This document shows, one piece after another, positions 37,299 through 50,032 of a DNA stretch of 64,000 bases. Under the pieces are notes generated by a model that was not told where the DNA came from, did not search any database, and was given only the letters and a program-made list of their open reading frames with translations. The DNA is from Novakomyces olei (Eukaryota). A program made the translations under genes and the position numbers. Each line of letters starts with the position of its first letter. Positions within the stretch are counted from its first letter, which is position 1. The DNA lies in NCBI GenBank assembly GCA_016906335.1, contig JADEYG010000003.1, positions 434,001 to 498,000 of the forward strand, in the 5' to 3' direction.

Positions 37299-38917
37299 GA
37301 TAACTCGTCCAGTACTAATAAAAGATTGGGCCGGTAGGAAAGAGGGGCTTCTAGTAGTTTGACATAGGCCGAATATCTAGACTGTTAGCTATACGCCCAT
37401 TGGTAAATGTATTAGGAAGGTGAAATTAGTATGAACTGCTCATGGTCTCTGCGCTGGGATGCAAGGGCGGTCCGGATAATGACACTGAATGGCAAATACT
37501 GCGAAAAGAGTCGAGAGGTACAAGTTCGTTTTAACGAGAGGACGCTGTACTGAAAAGTTTACAGGACTGGTAACCACACCGTGCTACAACGAATACACCA
37601 ATGATCGCGTAAAAGACTGCAATTCACTGCCAGATCAAAGACGACGTTTGCATCATTTTATGATAAAGACAGAGTTGAAGCCATGCAAACCAAACAATCC
37701 CAAACAGCGCATCCATGGATCCCAAAGCAGAGACAACATGGCCGACAGGTTTTGCCAGCTTACCAAGAGATACTTTAAAACCCGATACCGCTCTTCACGA
37801 ATGATGTCGGAAGAGCAAAGACGAAGAGGCAAGCTCGACGCTAGAGCGGGAGCGCTGCAATTATATGGATTCAGCCATATGACAGAAAATGCCCAACGCG
37901 ACCTCCATGCGCGTTAGAGGGGGCGGGCGGGTTTCATTGACGCGTGTGTGCACACATGTGCATTACTGTATACGGAATATGGAATAGTTATGAAGGGTCG
38001 GAATGGTACTAGGGGTTTTCAGGCGTTGCTTGTCGCTTCCCGTTTCGGTTAAACGCAGGCGAAATATAGTAAGAACAGCAAAACAATTAAAGTATAGGAA
38101 TTAAGACTAATGGCAAGTGCAGAACGCCGGATACGAACTCATTAATAACTCATTACATACGAACAAAAACTTTATAAAAATTATGTAAATAGTAAATTAG
38201 ATTTCAAAACAGAACAAGATCGTCTGCGAGTGCATGAAAGGCGTCGAGGCATAAGACATCTCTTGGATAGCCAGAGCATTTTGCGCGTTCGTTTACAGGC
38301 ACTGCTACAGTCGATATTACTCTACGAACCATACGTTACGCACGATCTTGGGGTTGAGCGCGTGACAGAAGCGTCATTTCCGTTTTGAGAATAGGTCTCG
38401 CCCCCATAAGGCTGCTGGTACGGATATGCATTGTGAAGTGACACTTTTCAGACGTAAACAGTAATTTCAAATAATAATTCCGTTATATAGAGTCTGTGTC
38501 TCGATATCCACATTGCCAAACAGTATTACCTCTTCAACCACTGATGCCTGTAAATATCCTCCCATGCAAGGATAGACGAACTTGCTAGTACAACGGCAGA
38601 CGCTATAAAAATTTTAGTATTGTAATGCGCGTTAAAAATGCGTCCACGTTTCACGCAATAGCGCGTGAATTACACGCTTAGGGGCTGTAGCCCGCCCCCT
38701 CTATGCACATTGTTATCACATATTATTATTCGGTGATCTAAATACGGCAATGGTTTACGTTCGGCTAATTATTCAAAAAAACTACAAATGCTATGGGAAT
38801 ATATGGGTATAACGCACAACGATTAAATCGAAGAGTAATAATTAAAGTATCCAAAGAGTTCAAGTAATCTATGGGTAAGCACTCGTCAGTTTTTGTCATA
38901 TCGAGCACAGTCGCGCG

Positions 38918-38953
38918 ACGCGTAAAGACGCGTAGCAAGTTTGAAGGACGCGT
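38918..38953. promoter_or_regulatory. Cluster of three MCB elements (ACGCGT)
   Basis: ACGCGT at 38918, 38928 and 38948, upstream of the cyclin; another at 37940. Confidence 0.5.
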
Positions 38954-39512
38954 TAGGCGACGAGCAATGCACATGTTGTCGATCAGCCTGCGCCTCGTGA
39001 AAAAGTGTGAATAATTGTGTTGACGGGTTCGAGATTTTAATCCCGGGGATCGTGCAAAAACAATGTGGGACAGGATTGCAGTTACCGTAAATCAGCCGCA
39101 ATCGCTCATCACGTAACTACTGCAATATTTATAGCAGCGTCACGAAGCCTTCTATAGCTTTTACTAGCGTGGGGAAGGTGATGTGTATATTGTGGGCCGA
39201 CCCCTATTACTCAGTCCAGCTTTAGTGTGTTAGAAAATGTTTCGGAATTTAGTGCTACAAAATGTTTCGGAGTTCAGCCGTTTAACACTGCGCAGCTTTA
39301 GGGTATACACATTATCTAATCATAGCCTCTTGTGTAATTTGGAGTTGTTTGTCTATAAATATAGTCGAATAATTTCAATGGTACTTTCGCTTATGAGCAT
39401 ATGTTAAAAGATACTACAATGTCCGTTGCACACAACACGACAAATAATTTGTTAATTTATCTCTAATGCTTTTAAAACTTGTTTATGCCACGCGATCTAT
39501 CTAACCTTATGC

Positions 39513-40616
39513 TCATAATACTGCACCAAACCCAAACGTCATTTTGATAGGCTTGACATAGTATTCGTTGAAATTGTCCGTTACTGTCTCCTCCTGGCCC
39601 ACTGGCACTCCATCAAACTTCATCCGAAGCAATGTAGAATCAGAGCCTTGATCGAATAAGAGTTCAAGACGTGCAAAATGTTTTGCTGGCCACGATTTAA
39701 GTCTCCAGCTCTGAACAATTTTTTTGCCAGGTAAAAGCTCAAGATACTCTCCTTCAACGTTTCCGCCAAAGAGGGAGAACTTTCCGCCCTTTTGGAAATC
39801 ACTTTGAGGAGGAGCCCGGGTCCATGCAGCCAGCCTCGATTGATCTTCAAATACTCGATAAAGTTCGTCAGCTGGAGCTTGGAACTCAATATTATCTGCC
39901 AATGTTGTAGTATTAACAACACCAGGTTTACTGGTCTTTGTACCTGCAGATTGATCAATCTTCGCCGAGGAGGTTGTCGCCTCTGTTTTCTTAGGCTTGT
40001 CCTCAGACGAAATGTACACATCTGGCGCATGTGTATCCATCAAAACTTTAGGCAGCTTAACAAATTCGTCTCGCAATTGTGGAACTAGTTTATTGCGTAC
40101 CACATCCTTGATAGCGTCTTGCTCCGATCCGTTTTCGCCTCCCATTGAATCAATCTCAAAAACAAAGTCGTCCCCTTCTAAATCATGCGAAACTTCGGGT
40201 ACCGTGATAGAGCCAGAGGCTTTTGTGTCGCCTTTTTCGCCCTCGTATCGCAACTGAAGACGCAAGTCGTAAATTGTAATAATTTTGCGCTTGCGCATAG
40301 CAACGTCGACATCTCCTTCACCTAGCATTGCGTCAGAATAGTCGTCTTTTTTCAAGTCTTTTATTTATGATCTTTTCAAATATCCAATATAATTTTTAAA
40401 TCTGAATTACAATTTGTCAAAGACGTTATTTTTGCCGTCGCATCTCCGTCCTTTGCGGAGAGTTTTGTGAGCGTTTTGGTCAAGTAGTCTTTAGTCCATG
40501 CTCTGCAATCTTTAGAAGTCCAATGCCTGATGCATTAGTTTGACGTACGCCGTATTGATGTATGGAGATAAAACGTACCAATTATTCGGATTGATGTTAG
40601 TCGTAGATGAGCTCAT
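39513..40616 (-). CDS. AHA1: Hsp90 co-chaperone Aha1; complement(join(39513..40321,40411..40526,40579..40616)), 320 aa
   Basis: NPNNWHW motif formed across intron 1; CEGDVDV; C-terminal START-like domain ending FGFGAVL. Confidence 0.93.
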
Positions 40617-41261
40617 TTTTGCCCTCCGATACTCCGCACACTTGAGGCCTTGCGTTCTGATGACCGACGAGATTATTGACTAGTTCTTATCTTCATCAGA
40701 TGCTAATATAATTGTGTAGTCCTTAGAAGTTTCCAGTACTTTTGCGCTTCACCTTTCTAATACGCAAAAAAGAAGGCTTTAAAATACTATAGGAAACGCT
40801 ATCTATATGAGATGTAATGACACTGGCGCGTACAAGCAATGCTGCAGATAATTCTGCTTATGAGGCGATGCTTTGATAGATGAATATCGCGCAGATCATA
40901 AAGGTGACGCTAACAGTAGACATAAATCAATACTACAAAGTCGAGGCAATTCTACCGGATCATATCTCTGATACTGGATCCATATCAGAGCGTCGTCCGA
41001 GTACTACAAAATATTATAAAAATGACTATATGCAACAAATTAAATGGTTGAATAGTATTATAAATTCAAGGTCTGCAAGATCCTACATTAAGGGGTTCAT
41101 AATACAACACGCATTTTCAGCTTGGCCGGCTTTCCTTGATCATGCGGCGTACGAATGTTATCGTCGCTCAGATATCAAGAAAAATATATAATAAAGTGAA
41201 AAAAATATAATAAAGTGAAATAAAGATAATGAATAAGGTAGATATATTTAAATAAAATAGG

Positions 41262-42446
41262 CTAGTAGCCCTCAGTATCCGGATAGAGATAAAAAGCGAG
41301 TGCAACAGTCACATAGACGCCAACCAGCTGCGCACCTTCGAGGTAATTTGTCTGTCCGTCCATAATCAAGTAATTAACAACAAGTACAGAGCAAAACATG
41401 ATCACGGTTTCGAAAGTTTTAAAATAGAGCGTCAGCGGCTGGTGAATTATCCAGCCCAGGACAACGAGAAACGGTGTTACAAAGAGCGCAATCTGCATAG
41501 AGCTGCCGATAGCGACTCCCACGGCCAAATCCATCTTGTTCTTGAAAGAAACTACGACTGCAGTAACGTGTTCAGCGGCGTTGCCAACAATCGGAATCAG
41601 AATAAGACCAACAAATGTCTTTGAAATCCCAGTTTTGTCCACCATCTCATCGATACTGTCCACGAGAAACTCTGCACAAATACTCACGGCAAGCGTAACC
41701 AAGACGAGTATACCTGCTGCCACATAAGGTGAGAGCATAGCTTCGTCCTCGTTTGATTCCTCGGCCGCGTAGATAGAGGCATGAGTTTTCAATTGAAAGA
41801 GCAGAAACAGCCCATAGATGACGAGCAAAATTATACTCGTCCCCCGGCTCAGCTCGAGCACGAGCTGATCCGATCTATGGCTCACTGGAAGAGCCAAATG
41901 AAAGGCTGCTGGAATGAGCATAGAGGTCGTAGAGACCGCCATAAGACCGCACATTGTTTGGGCCACGGTTGTATTAAATGAAGGCAATTGGTTCCTTACC
42001 CCACCAGCGATAAAACAGCAGCCCAGAACTAATAGTAAGTTCGACAGGATGGAACCCAGCATGGAAGCCTGTACGATACGCAGCTCGCCCTTTATCAAGG
42101 CCGCAATGGAAACAATCAATTCTACCGCGTTTCCGAAAGTGGCATTCAACAATCCGCCGAGCGTTTGTCCCACATTGACGGAAAGCTCTTCCGTAGCATA
42201 GCTTAGCAGTGATGCGAGTGGTATGATAGCCAGAAAGTTTAGGGTAAAGGTGGCAGTTGCGCTCCAGTGCACATAATGGCTAACAATGCCCAATGGAACA
42301 AAAACAAGCAGGGCGTTTATGTAATTGCTCAAGAGCACAGTCCGTGCTAACTGCCAGGCAGACGTAGCGTAAGATCCGGCATTGGTCACGACCGAGTACC
42401 GTGAAAGGCCCGAGCGCTGACGCGGCAGCAGAGGCGAACGTTCCAT
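41262..42446 (-). CDS. VCX1: Vacuolar Ca2+/H+ exchanger (CAX family)
   Basis: LLNATFGNAVE and PIVGNAAEH repeats; N-terminal ERSPLL dileucine-type signal. Start codon uncertain. Confidence 0.93.
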   Translation of the reverse strand: MERSPLLPRQRSGLSRYSVVTNAGSYATSAWQLARTVLLSNYINALLVFVPLGIVSHYVHWSATATFTLNFLAIIPLASLLSYATEELSVNVGQTLGGLLNATFGNAVELIVSIAALIKGELRIVQASMLGSILSNLLLVLGCCFIAGGVRNQLPSFNTTVAQTMCGLMAVSTTSMLIPAAFHLALPVSHRSDQLVLELSRGTSIILLVIYGLFLLFQLKTHASIYAAEESNEDEAMLSPYVAAGILVLVTLAVSICAEFLVDSIDEMVDKTGISKTFVGLILIPIVGNAAEHVTAVVVSFKNKMDLAVGVAIGSSMQIALFVTPFLVVLGWIIHQPLTLYFKTFETVIMFCSVLVVNYLIMDGQTNYLEGAQLVGVYVTVALAFYLYPDTEGY

Positions 42447-44473
42447 ACCTTCACGATCGTACGAATTGCGAGTAAACAGGGACGGTCTTTGTGATGTGCT
42501 AATAGGCAGTTAGTTATCAGTGGAAAGAACTCGACAGTGTGTTTCTTGTCTTCAATTTCTTTTGCTTTCAGCCGGTTTTTCTTTCCGCTGTTCCGTTTGC
42601 ATTTTATTGTTTCACAACCCTTTTTTTTTTGTCTTTCTTACGGATTTTCGTGGAACGCTCGAGCTGCCGCGAGCCGGTTTTTTGCAGTTTTCAATCTCTC
42701 TATTTTGTGCAAATTCAAGACTCGCACTCGCAAAAAGCCAAAGCACACTCCGCCGCAGCTTTCCGCGTGGAGGTGAAAAGGCCTTTACGATGGCAGTTCG
42801 GCAATTAGAGTCAGTTGATATGTTTTGAAAATGAAAAGGGCGCTTGATCCCTGTCCCCCAAGAGCAACGATGAAGCAAAGCCAATAAAAATCCCCAATCT
42901 TTGTACACTCATATTAAATTATGCCAGCTGCCTAATACGGTGAGGCGTGCAAGGAATATTTACAGAAGCGAAAAAGATAAAAACGTCACATGGATGGATG
43001 GTTGCCCATACGCTTTTATCAGCGTACGAGAGTATTGAATAGTAATAATAATAAAAAGCCATAATAATAAAAAGCCACCATAATATGTGTGTAATGTTGT
43101 GTACAGAATTTCTGGTGATGTAAAAGACGGCGGGGCGGCCGGCATTAAGCGATATTATGCCCAAAAAATAGTAGTGGATAAACGAGTAGAGTATATAAAC
43201 GAATAAAACAATAAAAACAATACAAAATAAAATGTAAAGGATGATTATCCAACAATTTGTTCAATTGGTAGGAATTCTTCTAAAAGAGAGCATTTGATGG
43301 CGTTGAGCAAGTGAAAAGGAATTGCTGGGAATGAAAATCATCTAGTAGCAATAAGCAGGAATCACTGGGCGGGAATGGGATATAAGGCAATGCAGGCAAT
43401 GTCTTGTGAGAGTGAAGAGTGCAGTCCAATGAATTAAGGCTTTCAAAAGCTTGTCTCGATGTGCAAATCCATGTGCCAAGGGGGGTCAAGGAAAGGCTCC
43501 TAGTAGGATTTGGGACTTGGGTACTTACGCATATGTTGGTGGTTTGAAGAGGCTCGGCCCTTGGTCCTGACGAGTTTGTGGGAAACCTGGGAGGAAAGTG
43601 CTAGTTTTATTTTCCAGTAACGAGTAAACTATTGGATCGTATGTCATTTTATGTTAAGTATGCTATACATTTTAATGCTCGAGTAAGGTCCATCACGTAT
43701 GACGAGTTGAGTTTGAATAAATCGTTAATTGATCGCTATCTTGGTTCCATTTACAAATGACTCGCAAAGGAAGTGTACAGCTACAGCTAGAGCATGGACA
43801 CAGTTTAAAAATATGATGACCAAATTGACGTACCCTTGCTTAATTGTTCCTTTCTCTCACATTATTGTGTATAGTAAAGTGCTGTATTACGATGGATCGT
43901 ATACATGAATAGCCCGGCAAAGTATTGCGTTAGCGTTACTTTGGTGTCTCTCATACGCCAAGTCACGTCTATTCGTCTTGTGACAAGCTTAGTGACAATC
44001 TTTTCTGTTCTCATGTTCAGCCGTGTTGGAAGCAGGTACCAGACATAACTAGCTATTTTCTGTCATTTTCGACGGACGACACTTGATGATTTGCTGCTCA
44101 ATTTTTCTATTTATCTGGCATGTAGATCTAATAGCCTATACAAATATCAATGGTATCTGATTTTCTGTCGACATTAGCCGATCCAGATTACCAGAAGGTC
44201 TCCACACAACCCATCAATGAGCAGTAGACCCAAATCGATATAGCCTGTAGCCTCTAATCGACGTATTGGAATAAAACGATGGTATGACAGGCTACCCCCT
44301 TCATTGAATCGTTGAACATTCATATTATCTTTGGTATGCCAGTTACTTATATTTCGCTCTGTGACTAGCTCCTTCAACGATCAATTGGCGTCTGTTCTAC
44401 CAAACAACGACGCGTTCTTTTGATTCGCTTGCCCCTCATATATAAACTGGCATGTTTATACTCCCCCACATTA

Positions 44474-44483
44474 GTCACGTGAC
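44474..44483. promoter_or_regulatory. Palindromic E-box GTCACGTGAC (Cbf1/bHLH-type)
   Basis: Perfect 10-bp palindrome ~200 nt upstream of the citrate synthase-family ATG; a second CACGTG near 44568. Confidence 0.45.
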
Positions 44484-44679
44484 CATCTTCATAACCGGTA
44501 AAGGTATAACCGGCGCCGGAGCGGGGTAAACTTGCTTTCATACTGTAACAATGTAAGCAAAACCCTTCACGTGAAAAACACACTACAAAACCAACAGCGC
44601 TCGTCCATCATGATATAATTGCCAAATATATAATATGACAAATGGCCACACGCAACGCCGACATATACAGTAGACAGAC

Positions 44680-46774
44680 ATGTTTTGTCTAAAGGTATGT
44701 TAATTAGGTCGAAAGACTCGCATTTTCTTTCATGACCTTGACTTTTCTTGCTTGCTGCTATTGATATTGACCTTATTTACTTCCTTCAAATTACCTGTGT
44801 CTAATTATGGTTTCTTTTTACTGGCAAACACCTTCTAACTTCGTGTCAGGCTCGTCCAGCCTCGGCCCGTTTAGCGCGGCGTCCATGGCTCTTACAATCA
44901 AGAACTTTCCGCTCTCATATTAACGAGGTGATCGCCTCTAAAATAAAAGAGGAAAAACGGGTACTCAAAGACTTGGTAGAACAGCACCGGGATACTGTTG
45001 TCGGCGATGTTACGGTGGGCAAAGTTGTTGGAGGAATGCGCGGTCTGGAGGCTATGCTTTGGTACCCATCTGCCCTGGATCCACAGGAGGGTATCCGGTT
45101 CCGAGGGCTGACTATCGCAGAATGCCAAAGCCAATTACAAAAGGACGAGACTCGTCACCATATTCTTCCAGAGGCAATGCTCTGGTTGCTCCTGACGGGT
45201 GACGTCCCCACTCAGGAGCAAGTGGCCGCACTTACCCGGGATTTAGCCACCCGCGGAAATCTACCAGAGAGTACATCGAGAATTATCGATGCTCTACCAG
45301 AGTCGCTGCACCCAATGACCCAAATGTCTATTGCTGTTGCTTCATTAAACAATTATTCAAATTTTGTTTCAATGTACAATGCTTACGACACTCCTAAATC
45401 ACAATACTGGATTGCTACACTCGAAGATGCTTTATCATTAATTGGGAAACTTCCAGCCATTGCCGCTAAGATTTATTGCCGAAGTTGCTCCGAGCCCACT
45501 GAAGAGATGGCCCGGGTCATGAGGAGTCACGTGAATGTCAATACTCAGCTTGATTTGTGTTCAAACATGGCTTCTATGATGGGGTTTACCCATAATAGAG
45601 ATACTATAGCCAGTATGCTGAGGCAGTATGTATCATTGCATGCAGATCATGAGGGAGGCAATGTATCGGCTCATGCGTCTCGTAAGTTTATAGTGTCGAA
45701 ACAGCTTTCACGTCTTTATTATTTATCTAATTTGTTTATTTTATCGACATTATTGCTATTATTTTTGCTATTGTTGTCAGTGTTTTAATTGCTGTCTCTA
45801 TGCTTTTTAAAATATTCGACCAGTATCTGACAAGTAGATTTGGTTGGATCTGCATTATCTGATCCGTTCCTGTCCTACGCATCGGCTCTCAATGGACTTG
45901 CTGGTCCTTTGCATGGGTAAGCCTATTCGTCTCAATGAAAAATTCTCTGGTATTTCTCTGTGACCAATTTGGAATCAAGAGCAAATGACCAGTGACTTTA
46001 CTGCACAAGCCTTGACAGCTATGTACACCTACCTTTTATGAATTGCTTGGTGCACGTATAATGTGGTCACGTATGTGTGGTTCATTTCCGTTTTAAATGT
46101 CCACAAATCTTTTGTGTTGCTCCTGCTTTTATTTCTTAATTTATTTGATAATCGTCAATTCCTTACTTCACTTATCTAATAATCAGACTGGCGGCACAGG
46201 ATGTCCTTCGCTTTGTACAGAGAATGTACGAAGTAGTCGGCGCAAACGGTAGCGACAAAGAAGTGGAAGATTACCTATGGGCTGTATTGAAATCGGGTCA
46301 AGTGATTCCAGGCTATGGCCACGGGGTTTTACGTAAGACTGAATTAATTATTTTCCTTTCTTTTATTTCATAATTTATATGAAATTTGATACTAATTCTT
46401 TTCAAGGCAGCGTGGACCCTCGATTTATAGCGATGCAGCAAACGGCAATAGCCTATCCCTCCCTGGCTAAAGATCCGTTGTTTTGTCTTACACAAAAGAT
46501 CGTAAAGCTTGCACCGCGAGTGCTAAAAGAGCACGGTCGCGTAACAAACCCTAACCCTAACGTAGATGCAGGGTCGGGAGTGATTTTCCATCATTTCGGA
46601 TTAAGAGATCCCAGCTTTTACACCGTCATATTTGGTGTCAGTCGTGCCCTTGGATGCATGTCGCAACTAGTTTGGGCAAGGGCTATGGAGCTTCCGATAG
46701 AGCGGGTAAAGAGCGTGACAGTGGCCGAACTTCAGGCTCGTGTAGACCAAAGTTCAGGGACGAATGCAAATTAA
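44680..46774 (+). CDS. Citrate synthase family, probably 2-methylcitrate synthase; join(44680..44694,44850..45681,45838..45916,46187..46332,46407..46774), ~479 aa
   Basis: HADHEGGNVSAH, LAGPLHGLAAQDV, PGYGHGVLR and PNVDAGSG motifs; Arg-rich presequence. Confidence 0.88.
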
Positions 46775-48605
46775 ATCACAATTTGATGCTATTGATATGT
46801 AATGCGAGCGTCTTTTTGCTTTGATTGACGTTTTTCAAATTCCAGATTTCCTTTTCGTTTTATTATATTCCATTTCTTGACGTTTATTATTGTCAGGACA
46901 GATATCTCTCAAAATCCAGGATTAGTTTAAAGATATGTCTGATGACAATGGTGGTAGATTGACACAATTCTGTGCACGTTAGGCTAATGAACATTGAGAT
47001 GAATTGAGCATTTGAACAGGGGCAAATTATTACGTATTGCGACGAATTAGTGCGTCAAGAGCAAGAACAGCAGGTCAATAAAAAACCAACCGGAAAAGAA
47101 AAGCACATATTAACAAATACAATCCATCATCCACATGGTGTAAGCCATTAATCTGAATGTAACAAAAGCAGACGCGCCTGCAACCCACTCCTGCGCGATT
47201 CAGGCGTATCCCTATTAATAACCGGGGGCACGTGTGCAGTACACGCATTCGGACACAGTTTCCGTATACGGACGAGCCGAGCGTCTCATGCCGACATAAT
47301 GGACAAGTAATGTGAGGGTTTAACGCGATTTTAATAGAGAAACGCCGCAGTGGCCCTGGCCGAAAAGGAAGGGAGCTGTACGGATCGAGTAAGAAACGCG
47401 TAATATTATTCCATTACCTGCACGGAAAAGGCTTATCTACGGTCCCAGTTCTCGTTCCTGTGCGTGACAAGCGTCGAGCCTTGTTGGTTGGACAGTGTAT
47501 ATTTTAATATGGGATTGTTTGGCTGATGTGTGTGCCGCTTAAAGACTTTGCACGCAATGGTTAGAGTGCCGTAGAACGACAGATCCCGTTCCTTTGGATA
47601 GAGAAAAAGAAGCAGATCGGTATAAGCAGATCGGTATATACACGTCTAGCAATGACTCTATGCTTGCAGCGCCTGCTGTTTAATCTTTCCAATTATCCAC
47701 CATTGTGGTGATTATCACCAGTGCTGTGTCAGTACTTGACGCGTTACTGTGACAGTACCCTGAGTGCACATTGTATTACTTTGCATTGCGCAAGCACCTA
47801 TTAGTGTGGTATTATAGTGTGGTAATGACTAGTGACTCGTACTAGTGCTAATCGCCGAATTATTGTATCTCTGGACTCTGAATAATCTCGCGTACACGGA
47901 ATTTAAATTAGCCAGCGCACGCGGTTCACCAATGTGCGGTGAAAATACGGGTTCCAACCCCGTAACTTTTGGTCCCGACTTGCACAGGGATATTGCGCCT
48001 CAACAAGATCTGTTTGCGCTACACGCGTAAACACAAACGCCCAAAAGGACCCTCTAAAGGGGCCGTGACAGGTCGAATTTGACGCGCAGAGTACAGGCCA
48101 AAGCTCTGAAAACGATGGATTATTACTTTGTAAAAAGGCAGTTGCAAGTGCAGTTGCAATTGCAATTGCAGTATGTACAGGAGTAGTTACAAATATAGTA
48201 CGAGTGACTGTGCGATAAATTAAATATAATAATAATAATATCAGTGTATCGTATTAAAATGGTAAACCGATGGATGCAACAAGTAACTGCACTGGCCGAT
48301 CAATACTGAAAACACGCAAATGGAATAATAACGCGGCATACACATAATCGTGCAGCACTCACATATCCACTCGCGACGTACGGCATTTAGAGCACTTGTG
48401 CGTGGGTTTGCTCCGTCCGAAATTGTACAAAAATTGTAAAAAATTGTATCTTTGCAGTCGGCACAATTGCGAATTGCTGCTGCCTTTGAGCGCTGCAACA
48501 CTTGCTGCGTATATACCTACGGGAAGCTCACCGCTTCACTGCGGTGCCGTTCGAGCAGATCAAGTATCGGCTTTTTCTCCCATCTCGTGCAATCGACCGG
48601 CCGCT

Positions 48606-50032
48606 ATGGCAGAAGCACAGTTTGCTGGACTCCCTATGAAATATGTGGCTCTCTTCACGGTAAGCTTTCCCCTCCCACTTGGCCCAGGCTCAGGCAAAAT
48701 GTTCGCCCCGAGATCTCCTTTCTTTCAGAGAGCCAGAGATTGGGATTTTGCGATTATTGGAATTGAAGGTGGTTCAAGTGCTAATTGCTCTAGTTGACTA
48801 TCCAAAACTCGGCCCTTATTATAATCATGCACTACTCCCGAGTCATGCCTGAAGGGCCCAATGGCCGTTACCTCACATCAACTGCCGTGGCCATTAACGA
48901 AGTAATCAAACTGGCCGTCTCCTTACTCGCGGTCATTCGTGAACGCAAAAAGCTGGACGGGCCTAATTTTCGGTTTGCTCATGTCTACAATGAAATATTC
49001 TCGTCTGATAGCTGGAAACTTATGATCCCCGCCGCACTTTACACACTGCAAAACAACTTGCAGTACGTTGGCGCCTCTTATTTGGACGCAGCGACTTTCC
49101 AAGTAACGTACCAGCTCAAGATTCTTACTACGGCGCTTTTCAGCGTTACTATGCTCAAGCGGTCTTATTCCATGACGAAATGGGTTTCGCTTTTCCTGCT
49201 TACAGTGGGCGTTGCCCTCGTGCAATTGCCGACAAGCACTCCTACTCAAAGCTCACATTCCGGCTCTGAGCCAGTAGCCGCACCTGTCGTGGATACGGAG
49301 AACAAGAGCGAGTTTGCTCGAATGCTCCGCCGAGGCATTACCGCCGTTGGCGACTCAAGCAGCAGTAGCACAGTTGGCCTGGTGGCGGTAATAACAGCCT
49401 GCGTTATTTCCGGCCTGGCTGGCGTTTACTTTGAAAAGGTACTCAAGGGCTCCAAGGCATCACTGTGGGTTCGTAATGTACAGCTCTCGTTTTTCTCCCT
49501 TTTCCCGGCTTTTGTACTCGGGGTCCTGATCAAAGACGGCAAGGAAGTGATGGAGAAGGGATTTTTCAATGGCTACAATCTCGTTGTATGGACAGCCATT
49601 CTTTTCCAGGCTGTCGGTGGCATTGTTGTTGCCCTCTGTGTTGCTTACGCGGACAACATTATGAAGAACTTTGCTACCAGCGTCAGTATTCTCATTTCTT
49701 TTGTTGCCAGTGTCTACTTTTTCGACTTTGCCATTACCCTGAATTTTATCATTGGCTGCAGTATCGTGCTGTTTGCCACTTACCTGTATACTCGGCCAGA
49801 CTCAAAGCCAGCTTCGCTGAGTAACCCTCCTGCTGCCGGTGGGGCGCAGTACTCTACCGTTCACCACACTGATGGCACTAGCCGTGTTGAAAACGGTAAC
49901 GATTTAAAGGCTCCTGATGTTGAAATTAAATCCATCCCACACTCAATTACAAACTCACAGCCTCATCACCGGCACAATTCTCTTTCACACGAGGATATTG
50001 AGGCTCAAATTAAGGGACAACGAATTGACTAG
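48606..50032 (+). CDS. gms1: UDP-galactose transporter (SLC35A, Gms1-like); join(48606..48659,48794..50032)
   Basis: GLPMKYVAL..TIQNSAL, PAALYTLQNNLQY, YQLKILTTA, GVYFEKVLK and YADNIMKNF motifs. Confidence 0.88.

Noticed and set aside
40725-40738. Heat shock element-like GAAnnTTCnnGTA upstream of AHA1
   Set aside because: Only two perfect units; plausible but too weak to call.
44083-44160. TTGATGA...CTGA pair resembling a C/D snoRNA
   Set aside because: There is no terminal stem and no recognisable guide.
47280-47470. Possible tiny spliced ORF, or SRP, RNase P or telomerase-like motifs
   Set aside because: The peptide is unrecognisable and the RNA motifs are incomplete.
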